From: Euglena gracilis
Taxonomy: Eukaryota
DNA: 64,000 nucleotides
Assembly (NCBI GenBank): GCA_039621445.1
Contig: CP154954.1
Span: 24,688,954 to 24,752,953 of the forward strand
Direction: 5' to 3'
The notes beneath the pieces are model-generated. The model was not told where the DNA came from. It made no database searches and saw nothing but the letters and a program-made list of their open reading frames with translations. The position numbers were made by a program, and so were the translations under genes. Numbering within the stretch: position 1 is the stretch's first letter; the number at the start of each line of letters is the position of its first letter. Shown in pieces: positions 42,305 through 64,000 of the stretch.

Positions 42305-42334
42305 TCGCCGAGACGAAGTGCAGCGCAGCCGCCC

Positions 42335-46139
<3,805 letters not shown>

Positions 46140-47364
46140 CTCAGGCGCCCGGGGGCAAAGGCATATGGCGAGTGGGCTGTGAGCCGCGGATAAATGTTTG
46201 TCCCGCACTTCCGGCGGCGTTCCACTCTCATTAAAACTGATCCCCCAGTGCAGTGCCTGCCTGCCTCCACCTCCCCACGACTGAAGGACTCCTTCTGGCA
46301 TTCAGGAGAAGGAGAGTGCTGGAGTCGTAGGTGAGCGGGCAGAGAGGTGCGTTGAAGCATAAACATCATACGCCTTTCGAGGTCAGTGCTGCTGGTCACG
46401 AAACAAGAACCAATGCTGCCAAGACATTATTTTTCCGTGTAGGCTGATGCGTACCCTCCCAGCTTCAGTGCCAAAAGTCATTTGGGCCACAAATGACCGT
46501 AAACAGAACCCTGAGCTCACCACCCACCCCACGTGCCCATGAAAGGAGATGGGTGGATGGATGACCCCTGCCAAACTTTTTTTAAAAAAAACTAAAAAAA
46601 ACTATAAACATGCCATTCTTTCTGTCCTTTGTGAATGAGCAACTGACAGCACCATGTTGCAACCGAAGAATACCATCTTTTAAAAAACTTCGACACTTCG
46701 AATATCAATATTAAAAAAACTGAATTTGTGTGCCATTTTCCTGGGCATTCCCCTTCTGATATCTGGCAATTTATTCAAAATCAACAGCATTGTGACTTGC
46801 CCGAATCCAGGGGATATGCGGGCCCAAATACTTGCTCTGGATCAAGGTTACTGGGAGAAGGGACCTTGGGGGCCATACCAAAACTTTTGAAGGGTAGAAT
46901 AACCTCGGAGTCGTCATTCTCACTAGCGCTTCCGAGGAAGGAAGGGGAGGAAGCTTGCACCTGTAGCCTAACCGCAGTTGCAGAGGGCAAAAGAGCCGAG
47001 CATGAGCCGAGGGAAGGTTGCATGGGAGGGACCAGCCAGACTGGCTCCCTTGCCCCAGACGGGCCCCCACCAGTCCCTGCTGCCCCGGGAGGGGACGGCG
47101 GTCGGGTCGTCTCGAATGAGGGGTTTGGTGGCGCCACACCGTGCACCACACCCCGTACTGCGGTGGCACAGCGCTGGGGGTGGGACAGGAAGCCACCAGA
47201 CAGAAATATATGTCAAAATGCAGCTGTACAGCCAAACGACGTTGTGAGGAAAGTTTGGGACAGGAATGCCCGTCTCTGATTTAGGCCTCAATGCTCACAC
47301 TGCATGTCAATTGATGACTTCACGGGCCTTCCGGGTCGAAGGTCCAAAGCTGCCCCGGCTGTGC

Positions 47365-50300
47365 TTAGGCTGCGGTCAAAAAGAAGTTGGCCGCGACAGG
47401 CTTCAGGGAGGGGTTGGCCTTCAGAAACTCGGGGAAATTCCAGCGGGCTCGGTCGTTCTTCACGTGCTTGACCGGGGCGGTCTGCTGGAATACCAACGCA
47501 GGGCCAACGTGAGGGGTGGCCCGCCCGCCAACACGGGTCGACCCAACTCCACCGCAACGGGGTGACCGGAAAATGAAGGGCAAAAAAAGAAAAATGAATA
47601 AAATATAAATATATAAAAAAATTATGGAATGAAAAAAATATAAATATACAGAATGAATGGCAATACCTGCCGCTTCAAGAGGTCCATTTTGAATGTCTGT
47701 CCCATGCATTTTACCGACCAACATTTCACCTCTCCCGGGGCTATTGTTGCCCCTCATCTCTGCGCCAGTCCTTTTTAACCCCCAACTTATGCAGTGGACG
47801 AGGATCAGGACCGCCAAAAAAACTCGTCCCAAAATGGTGTCTCGAACATACAATTGCTTACCGACCCCCGGGGGGGGGAGGGGGGGGGTCACTCCACTTT
47901 TTTAAAAACCAGTCAGTCACTCATTTTCAAAAAACCAGCCAGTCACTACCCCCCCCCCCGGGGGGGGGGGTCGGCCACTCAGAAAAACGGCCACTTTCCA
48001 GTCACTTTAGGCCATTTTAGGCCCAAAAAAATTTTCCGGCGCCTTCGGCGCCGGGGTCACTCAAGCCACTTTTGCCCACTCCTGGCCGACCCCCCCGGGG
48101 GGGGGGAGGGGTCCGGGCCAAAAACCAGTCAGTCACTTTGAAAAAACCAGTCACCCCCCCCGGGGGGGGGGTGGGACAGTGCTTAAGCAATTGTCTGGTC
48201 TCGAATTGACTTTCAATGCTCACACAGTTCAATTTCAATACACACATAAACGTATGGCGGATGACGTTCTGATGGGCCCCGCGGGTAGGACAAAGATGTA
48301 GCGGTGATTGCCAGACGGTGGGGCTGGGCCCATGTGACCTACAGCCACGCAGCTGCTGGCGATGGAACCGATGGCCGCGGTCAACCTCGGCCGGGGGCCC
48401 AAACGTCCCCCCTCCGGCTCAGCAAGATGGGGGGTTGGGGGGGGGGACCTGTCAAAACTCAAAGCACCCCAAATCACCTCCAGACACTTGGAATTGTTTA
48501 TTGTTGTGGTTGTCAGGGTTTGTGGGGTTTTGTCAGGATTTGTTGGCATTTCTCAAGACCAGCACTATTGCTGAGGACCCCGGGGGAGACCAAAAACGTC
48601 ACTACACCCTTCGGGGTCCTGTGGTCCCCCCAACTGGAGAAAAAAAGCTTTTGGCACTGTGTCGAGGTGGGAATGAGGTTCAAAACATTTTTTTGATCTT
48701 GCTCCAGAAAATCCCAAGAAATGCCAAAAAACAAGCATTTTGGCAGGTTTTTGGAAGTCAAAAAATCCCTCCAAAGATGGACAAGCAGCAGTCAAGCCCC
48801 CCCCCCCCCTGGGTGGGGTAGTGCAAACCCTTAAATGGAGGTGTGCATGGCGTTTGCTGGGATTTGTCGGGGTTTGTCGGGATTTGCTATGCATTATTCA
48901 TCGGCATTTGTTGGGATTTGCCGCTGGAGGTGCTTACGATTCCCCATCACGCTGCGCCAGCCGCGGCGTGCCCACCGCCTCCGACCCGCTGGCGGCACTG
49001 CCCACCGCGTCGGTCACCAGCCAGTGCAGCCAGGGGCCCATCCGGCCTGGCCCGCTGCCGTCCCCCTCCGGTGCCGGCGCGTCGAATGCGCCGGGGGACC
49101 CGCCGGGCTGAGCCGCCAGCAATGGGCCCTTCAGGTCGAGCTGTCCCCAGCCGGTCAAAAAATGAGAAAAATTGGAAAATCACGAAAAATGCGCCAAAAA
49201 GAAAAAACTTGCTGAATAAAAGCGAAGAAAAATGTGCCAAAAATGCGAAAATATGCGCACTTTTGGAAAAATGGAAAAAAATGTGCCAAAATTTGAAAAA
49301 AAAAATGCGAAACACATTTCCCTCTCTGCTTTAAAGCAGCATTTGACAGAAAAGCGTCATTTGCTGCGTAAAAGAAATGTCCCTGTGCCTGTTTTAAAAA
49401 AAATATTTTGCTGAGTCTACGAGTCTAAATGACCTAAAAAATATCACCAAGGTCATGATCAAATCTTTCAGATTGTATTCTGAAAAATGTCCAACCCGTG
49501 ACTTTTGCACTGAGGATATAAAACTGTGCCGAGGGAAAGGGAATCACGCCCTGTGGCGTGCCTGTACACGTGCTGGAAACGGAGTTGGGCGGACCGCCGA
49601 CCACAAAGAACCTCCAGCAAATCTGCCTCGCAGATGGACAGGGGAGGGCCCGCCGGCGGCTGGGGTCGACGTACACGACGGTGCACGGGCCCAGGGAGGG
49701 GTCCCACGTGGCCTCCGGGGTCTCCTGGAGGAAGCGGTCGACAGTCTTCCGGAACTGGGTACCCAGGGCCAGCCGCCTCCTCTGGTCCTCTGGCCCTCTG
49801 GTCCCCTTCCCCAAATAATCGGGTAGGGCCCAAATAATCGGCAGGGGGCCGGCAAACAGATGGTTCCAGTCACCGGGAGCAGCGCCAGGTTTTTGGAGGG
49901 GGGGGTCAGGCACGGGCACTGGGATGCGCTTCCCAATGATGCGGCTTTAGCTGCTTCAGAGATATCAAGGCAGGTCCTTTTTGCCGTCCTTATTTCAGAA
50001 ATAATAATTTTCTGGATTTGCATTGCAGAGTTTCCTGTGTTTAACCTGCCTTAATCTTTTCGTTATTTTCGCCTTCGCTTTTTCCCCCAAAAAGAAATCA
50101 GTTCCGCTTGTCTGTTATCCTTGTGGAGATTACTCCACCATAATTGCACATGCTTTTAAAAAAAATTAATATTGTATGTCATGTTACGCTATGTTACGTT
50201 ATATTATGTTATGTGCGTTATGTTATTGATATTACGACGAGCATGAAGATCCAGCCACTCTGAGCAAAAAATGGCTCAAATTCAATGCATTTTGGCCAAA

Positions 50301-50814
50301 TCTTTTTAAAACAAATTTCTGGCCAGTTTCGATCGTTTCTGGGGGGTTCGGAAAACAAATCTAACTCCAACAAAATCAGGCACTTTCAGCAATGCCGTCC
50401 CTGATCTCAAAGGAGGAGCAGTCACAATATCCCGTCGACAATATCCCCCCATACAAAAAACAGGTATGCAACAAAACAAAACACAACATGCAAAAGGTGG
50501 AAAAAAAGTTGCAAAAAACCCACATAAAACACCTTATGAGACAACCATGGAGACTCCAGAAGACTCCATGAAGAGTCACAATGAGCCACCCTAGAAATTT
50601 TGAGGTGGAAAGCCAACCAACCATTTGGACCGCCCAGATCAATCGAAAGTTTGAGGGAAGTGTTTCCACAAACCTCAGAGTTTGAATCACATTTCCCCTT
50701 TTCTAAAACGGGGAGGGCACTGCCCGGAGCAATGGAAGTCTTGCCGAAGGTCAAGGCCAGCGTCGGCAGTCCCTTCGGGATCCCAAGTGCAGCCAAGTAC
50801 GTCTCAGCGTGCAT
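47365..50814 (-). CDS. Phosphatidylethanolamine-binding protein (PEBP/RKIP family), about 160 aa. Exons 50814-50726, 49764-49662, 49083-48974, 48340-48287, 47491-47365
   Basis: Spliced motifs TVVYVDP|DAP, WLHWLVTD, MGPAPPSGNHRYIFVL|FQQ, R..W....F, PVAANFF. Exon total 483 nt; pyrimidine tract-AG 6 nt before the ATG. Confidence 0.93.
47492..48286 (-). other. Nonconventional intron, CGC...GCG variant
   Basis: CT|acc-CGCGGGGCC...GGCCCTGCG-ttggt|A restores HRYIFVLFQQ. Confidence 0.85.
47847..48197. mobile_element. MITE with 14-bp TIR and perfect 8-bp TSD, nested in an intron
   Basis: CATACAATTGCTTA / TAAGCAATTGTCTG; GTCTCGAA on both sides. Confidence 0.9.
48341..48973 (-). other. Nonconventional intron, CAC...GTG variant (GC-AG reading also possible)
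   Basis: GT|ggg-CACGCCGCGGCTGGC...GCCAGCAGCTGCGTG-gctgt|A; 13/15 stem. Confidence 0.8.
49084..49661 (-). other. Nonconventional intron, CGC...GCG variant
   Basis: CCC|agc-CGCCGGCGGGCCC...GGGTCCCCCGGCG-cattc|GAC restores DP|DAP. Confidence 0.88.
49765..50725 (-). other. Nonconventional intron
   Basis: CC|ggg-CAGTGCCCTCC...GGAGGCGGCTG-gccct|G; flanks GCTCCGGG/GCCCTGGG. Confidence 0.8.
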
Positions 50815-51284
50815 ATTGGTCTGGAGAGAGGGGGTGAAATTGAGGCATTTGCAGGTTAATCCAGACCTTCGGCAGCTGGTTGTGTTCATGCCATTCTTAA
50901 AAGCAATACAAGTTTAAACTCATTAATTTTTTAGGCGAGATTTGAGGTCATTATGAGCTTCTTTGAGTCGATTCAGAAATGCCATTCATGATCTTTGTCC
51001 ATTTCACATTCGACACAACTGCGAGCAACTCGGTTCAAAAATCCGAAATCTTTTTGGAAAAGAGGTTGCAGCATTGACGTGCCCATCCTCGGCCCCTCAG
51101 CCCCTGCCATGGCATTAGGGAATTGGCGACCCGATCCATTTTCCTGTTTTGTGATCATTGCAAACTCAATCAAGCTTTCGGTCCAGAAATCAGACCCAAA
51201 AAAGTTCGCAGCGTGAGCGGTTGAGAAACATCTTTGCTGCACACCTTGAAGTCTGGGAGATATATATATATATATATATTGCTT

Positions 51285-51338
<54 letters not shown>

Positions 51339-51694
51339 ATCAGCCTGTATATTATACATACAAACTTTATTTTCTGAGAACTCTGTGTGTGCATGACTGT
51401 GGCATATTTCTTTGTTCAAAGTCCATCCCCAGAGATATTTTTAAAATTAACTCCCCCATTTAAAGCGAAATGCCCAAATGGTGTGCAATGGTATCCAAAT
51501 AAATGTAACACCCCCGAGTGTCCGAAAGTGAAATGTGCGAAAAAAAAGCCTTTTTACATTGAACCGAATTCGGGCAATGCCCAAATAAATATTACACCCC
51601 GGAGGGTCCGAAACTTCGGTCCCATAATGTGCGCACCCGGTGAACTTACCTGGGGGGTTGCATGACCTGGGGCCGTCCCCAGGGCGAGCTGGGA

Positions 51695-52077
51695 CAGGGG
51701 TTTTCTCAAGGACCCGGGGGGGGTGTCCCATCCCCCCCCCCCGCGGTGCCAGGGGGGAGTCCGTCCGGCCAGGTGGGACCTGCGGGTACCCAAAAAATGC
51801 CCCCTAAAAGCCCAAATCCAACCGGGTTGGCATTTTTCAGCCAAACCTTGGAGATGAAAAACCAAAAACCACCCGAAAATGCCATCTCTTGGCGATCTTT
51901 GACCCATTTTTTTTTGACCCGCTCAAAAACTTCAAAAACTTCAGGCGCTTTGTGCTGCGTTTTTTCGGTCCATCCCGGCTTCGCCAGGTTGGCTCTGGGA
52001 GGTGCTGGCTGGAAAAAAGGTGTTGGCTGGCTGGAACCCCGGGGGGGGGGGTCCCCTCCGGCTTAAGAAATACACTG
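51695..52077. mobile_element. Older MITE related to 41800-42304
   Basis: CAGGGGTTTTCTCAAGGACCC / CCGGCTTAAGAAATACACTG; TSD not clear. Confidence 0.6.
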
Positions 52078-52637
52078 GCAGGGTATCACATGAGAGGGGG
52101 GGAGGGAGGGGGATTGTTCTCACCCCCCTCCTGGATGTCCAGAGCCCTGCCCCTGTACAAAACAAAAGCTCACTTAATTCCCCGGGGCGAAGTGGGTTGC
52201 CACCCCATTTAAGTGCGCGGTGCCCAAATGGTGCGCAGTCCCCAAATAAATGTCACACCCCAGAGGGCCTGAAAATGAAGTCCAAAAAAGTGCGCACCAT
52301 GCCGAAAGTCCACTTTTCAATGAAACGCCTTCGGGCAGTGCTTAAATAAGTGTCACTGACATTCTGAAACTACGGTCCAATGTGCGCACCCCATGCACTT
52401 CAATGGGGGGGGGTTAACTTTGGCACTGGAGATATGTGCCACCGTTCCCCCAAAAAAAAACCAGTGATCAGCAGCGTCTTTCTGATTCGGGCTGCAGGAC
52501 ACCGAAACCAACACAGGAAGAAGGCAACGAAATGCAGTGCACAGAGCCAGGACATCATTTCCGAAGTGCGACCACAGAGAAGGTTGCACTCGGCAGTTAC
52601 GAGGCTGAGAGCGGATGGCGGAGGTTGGGGAATTCAG

Positions 52638-62859
<10,222 letters not shown>

Positions 62860-63205
62860 CTGGCGTGGGGCGAGCGCAGGCCCGCAGCGACCCCGGCCAA
62901 CGGTCGCTCGACTGTCCTGGGGGCCCCGGGGGGGGGGGGTAGCAGTTGTCATGGAGGAGCAATGCCGGGTGGGCAAAGACCACGGCGGGCAAAAAAGCTT
63001 AACGGATGCCCAACTTGGACGAGTTTCGGTTTATGGCGGACACGGGATGTGTCCTCAACCGTGGCCGCCTCAGCCGGAGACAAAAAAAAAACATGACAAG
63101 ACAAAATGCTTTATTCATCTCGCTTTGCATGAAGCATGTGAGGCTTTGGATTGCACCTGAAACTCATAAAGAAGAACATGGGGCACATCATGAGAATCAT
63201 AAGTG

Positions 63206-63651
63206 CAGGGGGGGGGAAATGCAACTTGGCCCTTCAAATTATGCAAGTCAAAAAAATGCAAAAAAAATGCAAAAAAATGCAAAAAAAATGCAACTTGCAT
63301 GAAAACCTTGAGAAAAAGCTGGAATATGACAGAGCTTTGCTGCCTAAAATCAAAAAAAATTTCCAGGGCAAAATATTTTATGCAAAAAAACACAAAAAAA
63401 TGCAAAAAAATCCAAACATATGCCAACCAACTACAAAATTTTTTTCAAGGGCAAAAATATTTTATGTAAAAAATGCAAAAAAAATGCAAAAAAATCCAAA
63501 CATATGGCAACCAACTACAAAATTTTTTTCCAGGGCAAAATATTTTATGCAAAAAAATGCAAAAAAAATGCAAAAAAATGCAAATTTTGGGAAAACCTGA
63601 TTATGCAAAAAAAATGCAAATTATGCAAGTTGCATTCCCCCCCCCCCCCTG
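63206..63651. mobile_element. MITE with 7-bp TSD
   Basis: CAG(G)nAAATGCAACTTG / CAAGTTGCATT(C)nTG; ATAAGTG on both sides. Confidence 0.9.
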
Positions 63652-64000
63652 ATAAGTGAGCCACAAAGGCTCCAGATCTGCTTTTGAGGACCAACATTGA
63701 CCAAAATGACCTTTTCAAAAAAAACCAAACGCTCTCTGAGGCGGACAGCGAAATAAGCATTTGCTCTTGACACCTGCAACATACCCCTCCTCATACAGTT
63801 GCTATGCAGAAATTCGGCAATGAAAGTGGAATAATAAATGCTCAAAGTTCTCCCAGGGTCCCTTCCTCCCCCCAACTTGTCCAAGGCACGCCAATGTCTG
63901 TTGACACAGGGGGCAGGGGATATTCAGGTCTTTATACTTGGGCGGAAAGAGGAAACCCCGAGACTGGATATGTATCCCATACATTTCTCATGGCTCAAAT

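Overview
This is eukaryotic nuclear DNA, most likely from a euglenid (Euglena-like). That assignment is an inference from short GC-rich exons, putative spliced-leader acceptors, TTAGGG tracts and about 22 introns lacking GT-AG borders. No ORF in the track is a complete gene. Manual exon chaining gives four recognisable genes: a TTD14-like P-loop NTPase/CYTH protein (+, 19852-33877), a Maf/YhdE pyrophosphatase (-, 46139-42335), a PEBP (-, 50814-47365) and an ABHD1-3/YheT-like hydrolase (-, ~62859-52638). Two or three hypothetical genes are also present. The genes mix GT-AG introns with nonconventional introns of the form exon|N3-CAG...CTG-N5(6)|exon whose ends base-pair. The main observation is a continuum between free CAG...CTG MITEs with perfect 8-bp target-site duplications (TSDs) and these introns. 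The 3+5 nt outside the intron stem equal exactly one 8-bp TSD, decayed TSDs (7/8, 6/8, 5/8) remain at many junctions, and one TIR family occurs both as a free MITE and as an intron. Also present: variant CGC/GCG and CAC/GTG introns, dual-mode introns, a 7-bp-TSD MITE family, a TIR-bounded palindrome/satellite composite and many microsatellites. All splice junctions are inferred from reading frame and protein motifs, not from transcripts.
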